From the IMG/VR virus record IMGVR_UViG_3300014059_000004: 64,000 bases of DNA, one strand, 5' to 3'. The notes below the pieces were generated by a model. It ran no database searches. It saw only the letters and a program-made list of their open reading frames with translations, and was not told the DNA's origin. The stretch is from a virus. The translations under genes were made by a program, and so were the position numbers. Shown here in pieces: positions 9,972-19,598 of this stretch (its first letter is position 1; each line of letters begins with the position of its first letter).

Positions 9972-11491
9972 TATTTCGCTCCAGTAACTAGAATCTTCTT
10001 TGCCCAAGTTCCTTGGGTTGGGATCTTCGTGCCACCAAATGCGCCACCCATGGTCGTTGTCAACGCTGGCGTGCTTGGATCTACTTTTCCATCAGCAACA
10101 ACTGCAGGTGCATCAGTGCACAATATCGCCCTATCTGCAGTGTCATCACCCAGCTTGATGTAACCCTTTTCTGCTGGTCTGAAAATGATGTCACCCGAAC
10201 TTTTGATGACGATAGATGCGAACTTTGACGTGTCTTTAAGAGAAGTAACTGTTCCTTTAGTGTCAGTCTCGTAATTTGTGACCAAGATCTCAACGTCCAT
10301 CCTTGCAATCAACCTGATCTTGTCTGATTTAATGACAATAGCACCAGACCCAGCTTCTGGATCTTTCAAACCAGACCCAGGCATGCCAGTCGAATCTGGG
10401 AACTTTGACGTGTTGAACGCAGCGATGTCAAAGTTCTTATCAACTTTGGTTCTTTGCGATATCAAGATGCGGCTACGATCATTCGCAAAATCCACGTCAC
10501 CTTCTTTAGGTGACACTTCAGACGCAGCCTTACCGATCTCTTTCTGAAAGTCGCTTCCGTCAGAAATTTTCTTTGATGTAACTTTCTTTCCGCCAGTTTC
10601 TTCTGTCTGACCACGTCCGACAACCAGATCGATCGAACCGGCATCACCATCTAGGTCTTTTTCAAACTTTGATGGCTTCTTACCACCAACTTCCGGATCG
10701 TTCTTTGTGTTGATGTCAGCCGCTGCTCCCGTTCTATCGGTACCCAAGACGATCAACGTATTGTTGCTACCTTCTAGAGCAACATCACCCGGTCTTTTTC
10801 TGAACCTTGGAACTGGTTCATATTTCATCACTTGGCTAGCGTCAGAGCTCTCAATCAGCTTTTCATATGCTTCCTGATCGCCGCCGGGGATCATTTCAGA
10901 ATCTGGTACGGTGTAACGTTCACCATCAACCTCATCTGCACGACCATTTCTGTACTCGTACTTTGGTTCGCTAGTTCCATCAAAGACGTCTTTGATCTTT
11001 GGAATGAACGACGCATCAAACGCTCGGGGCGCATGAGTGTGATTCACGTCATCAACATGGTTAACTTCAGTGATCTTGCAAAACCAATAACCGATGTCCA
11101 TCTCCTTTGAACCAGGAGCTTCGAACATCACCCAAACATGCTCGCCTGGTTTGCAAGGTAGAGCAAGGTGCGATGGAAAGAACGGAAACAAGAACATTGG
11201 ACGATCAGCTGATGACGTTGAACCATCCAGAACACGTTGACCGATGATGGTATTTCTTGGAAGAACCGCAGCGTACTCCATGTTAGTCACACCCAGCGTA
11301 TGTTCCCAATAGCTGAGCTTCTCAGCACCATCTACTGTTATCTGCGGGTCAAAGATAACATCAAGCACAACGTAACGATAGAAAACTGGCAGCGGTCCTT
11401 GCGTACCGTGCTCATACTGAGCTCTACTGCTTAGAATTCTTCCAGCAGAACCTTCTGCGATGTGCTTGTCAATTTTTTGGTACGGAGACAT
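9971..11491 (-). CDS. Baseplate central hub/spike-like protein (gp27/gp5-like, tentative)
   Basis: 506 aa, ATG start, located two genes upstream of the gp25-like gene. C-terminal beta-rich stretch. No direct motif proof. Confidence 0.4.
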   Translation of the reverse strand: MSPYQKIDKHIAEGSAGRILSSRAQYEHGTQGPLPVFYRYVVLDVIFDPQITVDGAEKLSYWEHTLGVTNMEYAAVLPRNTIIGQRVLDGSTSSADRPMFLFPFFPSHLALPCKPGEHVWVMFEAPGSKEMDIGYWFCKITEVNHVDDVNHTHAPRAFDASFIPKIKDVFDGTSEPKYEYRNGRADEVDGERYTVPDSEMIPGGDQEAYEKLIESSDASQVMKYEPVPRFRKRPGDVALEGSNNTLIVLGTDRTGAAADINTKNDPEVGGKKPSKFEKDLDGDAGSIDLVVGRGQTEETGGKKVTSKKISDGSDFQKEIGKAASEVSPKEGDVDFANDRSRILISQRTKVDKNFDIAAFNTSKFPDSTGMPGSGLKDPEAGSGAIVIKSDKIRLIARMDVEILVTNYETDTKGTVTSLKDTSKFASIVIKSSGDIIFRPAEKGYIKLGDDTADRAILCTDAPAVVADGKVDPSTPALTTTMGGAFGGTKIPTQGTWAKKILVTGAK

Positions 11492-11499
11492 GATGTTAC

Positions 11500-11886
11500 T
11501 TAATGCAGTTCAGAACTTGTTAAGCCGTTAAGTTTGCTGTACATCTCATCAGGATCGATTGATTCTTCCTTCTTTTCTGCTTCAGCGATCAGTTCAGCAA
11601 GCTTGATGAGCTGATCATTTGACCTGCTCATCTTTTCGATGTACGTTGCCATCGTCTTACCATGCACAGCATGCTCAGAGCTCTTGTCTTGCGTGATTTT
11701 CACTAGCCTCATGAACATTGCATGAGCCGACTGGCGATCGCTGATTGCGTTCTCGTAAATTTCTAGCCAAAGCTTCTTCTTCTTGTCATTCAATGTAGTG
11801 ATCTGGTCGAGCAAACCAGTGAAGTTGTTTGTCTTCTGCTTGAGTTCGCTGTTCAGCTCCTCAAATGCATCGTTAGTTTCTTCCAT
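11500..11886 (-). CDS. Hypothetical coiled-coil protein (128 aa)
   Basis: Compact ORF that fills the gap between the gp55-like gene and the spike gene. Confidence 0.45.
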   Translation of the reverse strand: MEETNDAFEELNSELKQKTNNFTGLLDQITTLNDKKKKLWLEIYENAISDRQSAHAMFMRLVKITQDKSSEHAVHGKTMATYIEKMSRSNDQLIKLAELIAEAEKKEESIDPDEMYSKLNGLTSSELH

Positions 11887-11887
11887 G

Positions 11888-12706
11888 TTATCTCCGTAAA
11901 AAAAGCTTCTGCTTTGGGTCTGTCTTCATCTTCTTGTATTGCTTTTTGACCAACTGCATGGTTGTCGTAAGCTGCTTTGGACTAAGACCCGATAGCTCTC
12001 TCATGTAGAGCAATATAGCGCTCTTGTTGAGCAAGTCAATGTCATCTACGTTTTCAAAGATAGTGATGATTGAGTTGATGCATGCCAACTCGTTCTCTGA
12101 CTTCGCCTTAAGACGAATTTCAGACAATATGTTGATGATAGCTTGCGTTGAATTTTCTCCATCCATCGCAGCTTCGGCAGATGAAACAGTACAATGATCT
12201 TCAACGATCTTGTATTCATTAGCGCTAAGAGCATCTGGATCATCGAGAGAAACTGTTCTCTTGACTCGTTGAGCCTTTTGCTTCGTCTTGATGATGAGCC
12301 AGTTTTTTGCAACGACGTTAAAGTATGAGAATGCGTTCGTTCCTCGAGTTCCATCGAACTTGTGTATTGTTTCAAATAGAAAGTTGACGCAATCATTCTT
12401 TAGATCATCGTAAGAATCATGAAGGCTCGTGAACTTGTGAATGTTGATGAGATTTTCTGTCAACTTTTCGAACGCCGGAGCTATCTCTTGAACGTAAAGC
12501 CTATCACGTACCTTCTTCACTGTCTCAGTTTGATATGCTACGATCGCAGCTTGAGTGTTAGCGTTAAAGTACATCCTAGCCAAACGTCGCTTTTCATCTT
12601 CTGCATCACGTTCTCGACGAGCTGCATCAGCGGCAATTTCTTCAGGCGTAGAATTTTCTGTGATTGGTGGATAGTCGATCTTTATTTTTCTTCTTCTTGA
12701 TGCCAT
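11888..12706 (-). CDS. Late-transcription sigma factor, gp55-like (sigma region-2-only type) with a C-terminal extension
   Basis: Segment VNFLFETIHKFDGTRGTNAFSYFNVVAKNWLIIKTKQKAQRV resembles T4 gp55 [41 protein letters not shown]. Confidence 0.5.
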   Translation of the reverse strand: MASRRRKIKIDYPPITENSTPEEIAADAARRERDAEDEKRRLARMYFNANTQAAIVAYQTETVKKVRDRLYVQEIAPAFEKLTENLINIHKFTSLHDSYDDLKNDCVNFLFETIHKFDGTRGTNAFSYFNVVAKNWLIIKTKQKAQRVKRTVSLDDPDALSANEYKIVEDHCTVSSAEAAMDGENSTQAIINILSEIRLKAKSENELACINSIITIFENVDDIDLLNKSAILLYMRELSGLSPKQLTTTMQLVKKQYKKMKTDPKQKLFLRR

Positions 12707-13020
12707 TACTCAGTCTCCTCTTCATCGTCTTCTTCGTCCTCATTGAACGGTGTGACGATCATGTTTGCAACGAGCAGTATGGCATCCTTTGATCTTTTCA
12801 TGTCATAAACCAAATCTCTGACAATTGGCTCGTCAGAAAGCAGCTCTATGTTAGACTTTTCAGCCACTCGTTGATAGCACGTGTTCAACACGTCGAGTGA
12901 TTCTTCAACTTGATCACGAATTTGATCGAGTTGTTCTACGTACCTTAGGTTCGAACGTATGCTGTAAAACAAACCCGCAGAAAGAGCAATGATTATAAGT
13001 GAAAGTAGAACAATAATCAC
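12706..13020 (-). CDS. Small membrane-anchored protein with acidic C-terminus
   Basis: N-terminal hydrophobic helix MIIVLLSLIIIALSAGLFY and a poly-D/E tail. Confidence 0.45.
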   Translation of the reverse strand: MIIVLLSLIIIALSAGLFYSIRSNLRYVEQLDQIRDQVEESLDVLNTCYQRVAEKSNIELLSDEPIVRDLVYDMKRSKDAILLVANMIVTPFNEDEEDDEEETE

Positions 13021-14180
13021 AGCACGTCCTTTAGCACTTCATCGTACATTGTCGCAATTTTTTCGTACGAATACAAGCTTTTTAGCTTCTGCGACAATTC
13101 AGCTGCCCATCTTTGCGGAATTTCGTTTGACGTTCTGAACTTTGTTATCTTCTTCTTGAAATCATCTTCTGATGCATTAGCCCAACGTGCACCCTTCATA
13201 AAGATGTTTTCATCAATCCTGCTTGGGTGAACATTACCCAACTTGTAATCTACAGAAATGTATTTACCATGCTTCAAGAAGTCTGTGTGCCCAGACCATC
13301 CAGTTGCAATGACCGGTAGACCACTAACCGCTGCTTCAAGAATCGGAAGACCGTAACCTTCTCCTCTTGTCAATGAAACTAGCGCCTTAACTTTTGGGTT
13401 CTTATAAAGAGCGGCAACTTCATTGTCGTTCATATCTCCATGTAGAAGGTAAACTTTTGGGTTCAAACCAGCGCGGCACTCCTTCAAAACACCTGAAAGA
13501 ATTCCTCTTACCATCTTGCGATCGATCTTAGTGTTACGTCCAGCATTTGTCTTTACGATGATGCCAACGTCTTGATCATCTTTGAAGGCTTCGCACATCC
13601 ACTTGAGAGTGTAAAACGTGTTCTTCCTGTCGTTGTATGGATTGTTTCCTGTCAACTGACCAAACAGCAAAAAGTTGAAGTTGGTCTTAAGTTCAACGGT
13701 GCTGGCTTCAGTGTTTGAATCGATCGAATCAACGTATGATTCCGGAACTACTTTTATGGGAGTTGTGACGCTGTTACCGGCGCGCAAGGTAGCAGCAACG
13801 TGAGATGATGGCACAATTACCAAGTTCATAGCATTGCATTGAGCAGCCCACTTTGGATTGCAACGATCTGTTTCGACACCAGCAGTCAATCCAACGTTGA
13901 ATGTTGCAGCTGATCGATCCCACTCGTTGGGTAGTTGCAACTGGAATGATAGGTCAGCTTTGTAGCTAGCATCCACAGTTCGGATCATGATCTCTCTTAC
14001 GAGACCATCGCTGTGATTTTCATCCAAGATCCAGGGTGTATCACCCCAAGGAAGAACGTTAAACTTCAGCTCAAATCCTTCTTTCTTCTGCCTGTCTATC
14101 AACCACCTAGCAACTTGTCGACTGTGCACGCCATAACCAGAAGCAGTTAGTGCAGGACCCCTGAACAGTACTTTTTTCAT
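13017..14180 (-). CDS. Glycosyltransferase, GT-B fold (GT4-like)
   Basis: GEGYGLPILEAAVSGLPVIATGWSG matches the E-x7-E motif of GT4 enzymes. Confidence 0.7.
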   Translation of the reverse strand: MKKVLFRGPALTASGYGVHSRQVARWLIDRQKKEGFELKFNVLPWGDTPWILDENHSDGLVREIMIRTVDASYKADLSFQLQLPNEWDRSAATFNVGLTAGVETDRCNPKWAAQCNAMNLVIVPSSHVAATLRAGNSVTTPIKVVPESYVDSIDSNTEASTVELKTNFNFLLFGQLTGNNPYNDRKNTFYTLKWMCEAFKDDQDVGIIVKTNAGRNTKIDRKMVRGILSGVLKECRAGLNPKVYLLHGDMNDNEVAALYKNPKVKALVSLTRGEGYGLPILEAAVSGLPVIATGWSGHTDFLKHGKYISVDYKLGNVHPSRIDENIFMKGARWANASEDDFKKKITKFRTSNEIPQRWAAELSQKLKSLYSYEKIATMYDEVLKDVL

Positions 14181-15451
14181 AGCTCAGTAATCTCCCAACG
14201 CTTGTGCGTTTGCTTCCAAGTGTTGATGCACTTGTCCAACGTTCTATCCCACTCATTGATGAGGTTATTCATGTCGTAATCTCTGTGCGCATGGTGCATA
14301 GCCTTCATCCCAAGCTCTCTTCTCTTCTCAGGACCCATCTCATACATCTTCATGAATGCATTTGTCAACGTTTCATGAGAGACAAAATCTTCATAGATGT
14401 AAGGAACAAGCTGGTTGCCAACAAGCGACTTGACGTCTGGATCGAGAGCAATTCCATACTCCTCTCCAGTTACGTGATCAACAACTTGGCGAGTCAAACC
14501 GCCAGTCTTCAATGCAATGACGGGCTTGCCGCACATCTTTGCTTCAAGAACACCAAGTCCGAAGCCTTCATTGGTGCTACGATTCACAACAGCATCACAC
14601 ATGTTGTATAGGCCAACCATTTCAGGAAATCCAACTCTATCTTTGGAGAAGATGATGCTGTCTTTAAGACCAAGAACGTCTATGACATGATGAAGGTTCG
14701 AACCTTCTGGATCTAGCGGGTCTGCATGCATCACTAGCGTTGCCTTCCTGTGACCGTGCTTTTTCTCTAGATCTTCAAGGAATTGCTTCCAAGATACTAG
14801 GATGTCATTCGGCATCTTCCTTCGTGCGTTCCTAGACACAAAGAGCATCACGAAGTGATCGGCTCGAGACTCTCCTAGAACGCTGCGCTTGAAGCGCATT
14901 GCATCTTCTTCAGGAATTGGCTTTAACAGATCTTTTGGAACCGCATGCGGGATGTAGTTAGTCTTCTCTGGCATCCGCTCGCTGATCATCTCGTACGTCG
15001 GCCAGTTGATGCAGTTGATCAAATCTGTCGATTCGTACAACACCCCGTTAAATTCTGGCCATGGCGGGTTATCCCACAAGTGGTTGTATGTGATTGGGCA
15101 GATCTGATGAATTTCATCTTCCATCTCCCAAACCCAGATAAACTGCCTTGGATCAGTGAACAGAAGGATAGCATCAGGTTTGATCTGAACGAGAACCTTC
15201 CTCATCAAGTTCTTGTCACCGAATCCCGCCGTTGGCTTGATTATGAAGTCCTCGTTGACAACTACTTCATCGTAATTTTCATGCCGCATGGCGCCGCCAA
15301 ACACTCTGAATCGGTACTTTCCAGTACCGATCAGACCATTGATCAACCATCTAGCTTGGACTCCGACGCCAGAGGTAGCCAATGGGTGGTCACTCAGCAT
15401 CAAAATAGTATTCTTTTTAACCACTTGCATAATCCTTTGTAATGCATTCAA
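14177..15451 (-). CDS. Glycosyltransferase, GT-B fold (GT4-like)
   Basis: NEGFGLGVLEAKMCGKPVIALKTGG motif. SD AAGGA lies upstream of the ATG. Confidence 0.7.
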   Translation of the reverse strand: MNALQRIMQVVKKNTILMLSDHPLATSGVGVQARWLINGLIGTGKYRFRVFGGAMRHENYDEVVVNEDFIIKPTAGFGDKNLMRKVLVQIKPDAILLFTDPRQFIWVWEMEDEIHQICPITYNHLWDNPPWPEFNGVLYESTDLINCINWPTYEMISERMPEKTNYIPHAVPKDLLKPIPEEDAMRFKRSVLGESRADHFVMLFVSRNARRKMPNDILVSWKQFLEDLEKKHGHRKATLVMHADPLDPEGSNLHHVIDVLGLKDSIIFSKDRVGFPEMVGLYNMCDAVVNRSTNEGFGLGVLEAKMCGKPVIALKTGGLTRQVVDHVTGEEYGIALDPDVKSLVGNQLVPYIYEDFVSHETLTNAFMKMYEMGPEKRRELGMKAMHHAHRDYDMNNLINEWDRTLDKCINTWKQTHKRWEITEL

Positions 15452-15550
15452 TCAACAATTTTTCAATATCTGATGTGTGCTGGTGTTGGTTGACAAGCAT
15501 CAAGATGTCTTTTTGTCAGCCATGCTCGCCACCGTCATCTTTAGCAGAAA

Positions 15551-15572
15551 ATGTCATGATATTTCATGACAT
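15551..15572 (-). terminator. Possible weak intrinsic terminator hairpin downstream of the Cas4-like gene
   Basis: atgtcatga-tatt-tcatgacat (9-bp stem) followed on the minus strand by only 4 U. Confidence 0.2.
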
Positions 15573-15597
15573 CGTAATATCTGCGAGACTGGTGTAA

Positions 15598-16479
15598 CTA
15601 GAGCATTTTCTGTAACAGACAATGTTCAGTGTTCAAGTAAGGACAGTACGTGCAAGAACTTCTGTTCTTGATAGCAATACCCTTCTTCACTGTCGTAAGC
15701 ATGCTGCGAAGCACCTTCAACGAACGACCAGTTGTGACGTCACCGACTGAAACTTTCACAAGCTCGCAGCGACCACCATCTTTTGCCGTCCTCTTCAAGA
15801 TGATAAATCCACACTTCACGTTCTTTGGATCGACGCCAACTTTCTTCGTCCAGAAATTCTTGTAGAACGTCAGCTGCTGCGTAACGTTCGGATCTGATTT
15901 CTTCTTTGACTGCCAGCCCCAGCTGGCCGTTTTCCAATCAAGCAACCAGATGTTTTCAGTCGTCTTCTTGCCTTTCGTTGTCTTCACCTTGATGATGCAG
16001 TCAATGAATCCTTTGAAAGCATGTGGGTGTGATTCAACTGGCTCGTACAAAGCATGCTCTGCATCAATGCACTCCCAGCCTGGGAAGTTGGCTTCCATGA
16101 AAGCTGGCACTTCTGCCAAGATCTTTTTAGCTTGTTCAATGTATGAATCAAGCTCTGCTATGGGAAATGCGGGATGATCCTCATTCTTCTTCCAGGACTC
16201 TTTAAGAAAGATGACCGCAACTTCTGGGTCCATCGTCTTAGTCGTAAGAAAACGTTCGCATGCGGCGTGAACAGCTGTGCCGAAATCAAGGATGGGTGAA
16301 CGATCGTCTTTGACGATCTTCTTAACGTACTTAAGCTTGTGCCGGTAAGAACAATCTTGCCAATCTCTGAGCTCGCTGAACGAAACGTGAGCTTTCTCGG
16401 TTGGAAGCAGCTCAAACTTTGCATTTTCTTCTGGCATCATCAGATGGTATACTCTGGGCCTCAGAACGTTCAATTGCAA
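15598..16479 (-). CDS. PD-(D/E)XK nuclease of the Cas4/RecB-like family with predicted Fe-S cysteines
   Basis: GFIDCI ... LLDWKT (D...D-x-K) motifs. One N-terminal Cys and a C-terminal C-x2-C-x7-C (SSCTYCPYLNTEHC), as in Cas4-like exonucleases. Confidence 0.6.
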   Translation of the reverse strand: MQLNVLRPRVYHLMMPEENAKFELLPTEKAHVSFSELRDWQDCSYRHKLKYVKKIVKDDRSPILDFGTAVHAACERFLTTKTMDPEVAVIFLKESWKKNEDHPAFPIAELDSYIEQAKKILAEVPAFMEANFPGWECIDAEHALYEPVESHPHAFKGFIDCIIKVKTTKGKKTTENIWLLDWKTASWGWQSKKKSDPNVTQQLTFYKNFWTKKVGVDPKNVKCGFIILKRTAKDGGRCELVKVSVGDVTTGRSLKVLRSMLTTVKKGIAIKNRSSCTYCPYLNTEHCLLQKML

Positions 16480-16852
16480 GATTACGTGCTAGTTCTCTTT
16501 TTGAAGAACGTTCGGCAAAGAGGCGCTTCTGCCGACGCCAATCATCATTCTTCACTCTCACCTCTGCAGGTTGAAATACGTCATCCGGATCTGAGAGAGT
16601 TGGAGGTGTCTTGAACAGCTTGAACAGCCAATCTAGGCAAAATTCACACAATGAAAATGTGTAAGTTTCTAGGTCGTCAAGAGTTCCTTGACCATTGCCA
16701 GGTGTTGATTCATAACCACCAGAAACAGTGCAATCAATCAACCCATAGTTCGAACCAAATTTTTTGTCTTCAGTTGAACGATTTTCTTGTATGAAGAAGC
16801 AACTCTCGCCGCAAAGATTGCACAAACGCTCGGTTTTATTTTTCACGGCCAT
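16412..16852 (-). CDS. Zinc-ribbon protein with basic C-terminus
   Basis: CNLCGESC ... CEFCLDW (two CxxC pairs). Overlaps the Cas4-like gene start by 68 nt. Confidence 0.45.
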   Translation of the reverse strand: MAVKNKTERLCNLCGESCFFIQENRSTEDKKFGSNYGLIDCTVSGGYESTPGNGQGTLDDLETYTFSLCEFCLDWLFKLFKTPPTLSDPDDVFQPAEVRVKNDDWRRQKRLFAERSSKRELARNLAIERSEAQSIPSDDARRKCKV

Positions 16853-16945
16853 AGCTTCATTTTACTCACATATTCAGCCATTGGTTACCTCAACTTATTT
16901 GCTGCGTAATATTCAAGGGCTTCGAGTGATCACTATTCTGCCGTT

Positions 16946-17410
16946 CTAGCGACCGGTTGTCTCCCTGATATAGGCGGCAAACGTCCGGTTGCACAGCGCA
17001 CCGAAGCGCTTCGACTGGATGTGATTGATGATCTTATCACCGGGCCAATTTGTCAACTTTTGCAAGACCATTGCACTGATGATTCCGGAGCGATTTAGAC
17101 CAGCCATGCATGTCACGACAACGTTCTGCTTCTTTCCCAGCCTCACCACAACTTCGTCAGCGGCTGCTTGCCAGACGGGCAAAAACTTCGCGAATCTCCA
17201 TTCGCGTTCGTCATCATCACCCGGAGCGCAGATCACATCAACGCCTGTGTATGCATCCTTGTTTTGGTTCTCTGTAGCAGCCAAGACAAGAGCATGGTAA
17301 CCCTCAGTAGCTAGAGAATCTCCTGGTGGGGGCGCAGCACCTTGCCACAGCGTGCCGTAGATGTGATCTACGTCTAGAACGTTAAACACGTCTTCAAATT
17401 CAGTTTTCAT
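16946..17410 (-). CDS. Dual-specificity/tyrosine protein phosphatase-like (CX5R)
   Basis: VVVTCMAGLNRSGIISA matches the (H)CxAGxxRSG P-loop signature. Confidence 0.6.
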   Translation of the reverse strand: MKTEFEDVFNVLDVDHIYGTLWQGAAPPPGDSLATEGYHALVLAATENQNKDAYTGVDVICAPGDDDEREWRFAKFLPVWQAAADEVVVRLGKKQNVVVTCMAGLNRSGIISAMVLQKLTNWPGDKIINHIQSKRFGALCNRTFAAYIRETTGR

Positions 17411-17801
17411 CGATGATCTTTACTAGGCCAACGTTACCCATGCGAATTTCGCGTGGATGCATGTTACGATCGATTGTTATCTTAAAAGAATGGATTTTTC
17501 CGTAGTACTTGTCAGTCTGCGGTATGATCTTCTTGCTTGATTCATTGATTGGCAGCTTAAAGAGAACGCATGATTCAAACATCATAGCTGTGTCGATACC
17601 GCACGTAATCTGTGCAGTTGAATGTTCTGGCGCTCCGGCCGCGATCGCAGCATTACGTACATCAAACAGAACCTCTGCTAGCGTTTCATACCATTCACGC
17701 ACTGTGCCGTCAAACGCTGGTGATATGCTAAAATCAAATTTCTTTCCAGTTCTAGTATTTACGAACTTTCCTGGGCGACGATTCCAATATCGAGTGATCA
17801 T
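17400..17801 (-). CDS. Hypothetical protein (133 aa)
   Basis: ORF between the phosphatase and dehydrogenase genes. No motif recognised. Confidence 0.4.
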   Translation of the reverse strand: MITRYWNRRPGKFVNTRTGKKFDFSISPAFDGTVREWYETLAEVLFDVRNAAIAAGAPEHSTAQITCGIDTAMMFESCVLFKLPINESSKKIIPQTDKYYGKIHSFKITIDRNMHPREIRMGNVGLVKIIDEN

Positions 17802-18771
17802 GATTTATTTCTTTCTTGCTAACGGCGCGGCCTTGCATGTGTTCCCAATCGCGGTCTTCTTTAGGACGCAATTCAAGGTTTTTGTTCCAAGCAGCTTGCA
17901 TCACTTTTGGATCAACACCCAAATCTTGTGCAATAGAGATCAATGCATTGATGTCTTTCGGGAAGCAATGCCCGCCGAATCCGCGAACGTATCGACCATC
18001 ATGCGTTGGAACTGGGCCCGGGACAGCCCAGTGTGAATTACCTAGTCGTGTATCGAGCTTAGCGTATTCAACGACCTTATCATAGTCGATATTTAGTCCC
18101 TTGTCATCCAAAGCTTCGCAGACCTGCGCTACTTCGTTGGCAAAAGCAACTTTAGTAGCTAGGAAGCAGTTGATGACGTACTTCACCATTTCGGCCGTAG
18201 TTGACGAAGTTTTTACGAGCGGCACCTTTGGAAATGCAGACTGGAACACTAGTTTCACTGTGTTGATGTGAGGTCTCGGACCACCCAAGATGATGCGATT
18301 CTGATTTCGCATATCATCAAGAGCGTTTGCCTCTGTCAAGAATTCAGGGTTAAAGATGACTCGAAGACCAGATCCAACAAACTGAGCATTCCAACGCTCG
18401 GTCGTTCCGGGCGGAACTGTTGATTTGACCACAGCAATCCGACGACCCGGTGTTTCTGCTAGTTCACGTAGCACACCTTCGACTATAGACAAATCAGCTG
18501 ATCCATCTTCATACATCGGCGTTGGCAAGCAAACGAAGTATACGCCAGAGAAGTTCTTCTCTATTTCACATGCACGTGCAAATTCACTTGATGACTTGGG
18601 AAGAAATTGAGGCGTTCGCATTCCATCCGCGTTCGGGATGTATGCATTTTTCCCGCCAGTCGCAACCTTACCAGTCTTGTCGTAAACGTATACATCAAAT
18701 CCACGTTCAGCAAAGACTGTCGTAAGTGAACCGCCCACGAAACCTTGCCCAATACATGCCACTGACTTCAT
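17752..18771 (-). CDS. Nucleotide-sugar dehydrogenase, UDP-glucose 6-dehydrogenase family
   Basis: N-terminal NAD fold CIGQGFVGG. Catalytic-Cys motif GFGGHCFPKD. 339 aa is short for UGDH. Confidence 0.7.
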   Translation of the reverse strand: MKSVACIGQGFVGGSLTTVFAERGFDVYVYDKTGKVATGGKNAYIPNADGMRTPQFLPKSSSEFARACEIEKNFSGVYFVCLPTPMYEDGSADLSIVEGVLRELAETPGRRIAVVKSTVPPGTTERWNAQFVGSGLRVIFNPEFLTEANALDDMRNQNRIILGGPRPHINTVKLVFQSAFPKVPLVKTSSTTAEMVKYVINCFLATKVAFANEVAQVCEALDDKGLNIDYDKVVEYAKLDTRLGNSHWAVPGPVPTHDGRYVRGFGGHCFPKDINALISIAQDLGVDPKVMQAAWNKNLELRPKEDRDWEHMQGRAVSKKEINHDHSILESSPRKVRKY

Positions 18772-19508
18772 TTTTGTTCCTCCACAAATGTTCTGTAACC
18801 TTGTATTTCAAGCATTGTTTGATCGATCCATCTGTGAGACATGTTATTATTCGAACAATACAGCATCAATGCTTCTTGTTTCACTTGAGCGTTCTTGTCT
18901 AGACCTTTTACTTCTTCGAGAAGTTTTTCACCTGAAGTCAAAGTTATCAAAAAGTCTGGTACATAATTCCTTTGACGATCTGTAACGTAAGGAATTTTAA
19001 TACCATGCTTCTTTGTCCATGTAAGAACAGTGGAATCGTTGTCTAGTTGAATCATTCTAAATTTTTCAAGCAATGAATCACAATGCACTCGTTCACCAGT
19101 TTTTGATGAACTGTACCAGGATTTTGTCCCATATCCATTTGTGTTTGAAATTTTGCCCTCAGCAATTCCTTTTGCGCGAGACGTTGACATCTTTTTTCGT
19201 GTTTCAAGCGAATGTCTATGACCGTAAAATGGATTACGGTCACCAGATTGATTACGGTTCAATGTGGCATCACCAATTTTACGTCGCGTCTCTTCATCAT
19301 GTTTTCGACCAAAAAAAGAATTTCCCGAGCCTGTACGAGACTCTGACATCAATTTTCGAGTTTCAAGTGAGTGTTTGTCATATTTTGCACGTCTAGCTTT
19401 TGATCTACAAGACATACATGACGTTTGTTTCTTTGAAGCGATTTCAAAAGTAACTTTGAGCGTATACTCAATATCACGTTCACAAACAGGACATCGTCTT
19501 ACGTACAT
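18768..19508 (-). mobile_element. Homing-endonuclease-like gene: Zn finger + NUMOD3 repeats + C-terminal PD-(D/E)XK domain
   Basis: CPVCE..CMSCRSK. Three H(S/D)xETR+K(M/I)S repeats (NUMOD3). YVPDFLITLTSGEKLLEEVKG (PD...E-V-K). Confidence 0.5.
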
Positions 19509-19598
19509 GATCTAAGTATGTAATCCCTGCCCAATGACGGCAACAGAACGTTTTTTCATTGCTTTACATTATAATACAGACAGCCTGTTGTTTAGTTG

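Noticed and set aside
19575-19596. Hairpin gtttag-ttgc-taaac downstream of the LbH gene as a terminator
   Set aside because: No U-tract follows on the transcribed (minus) strand.
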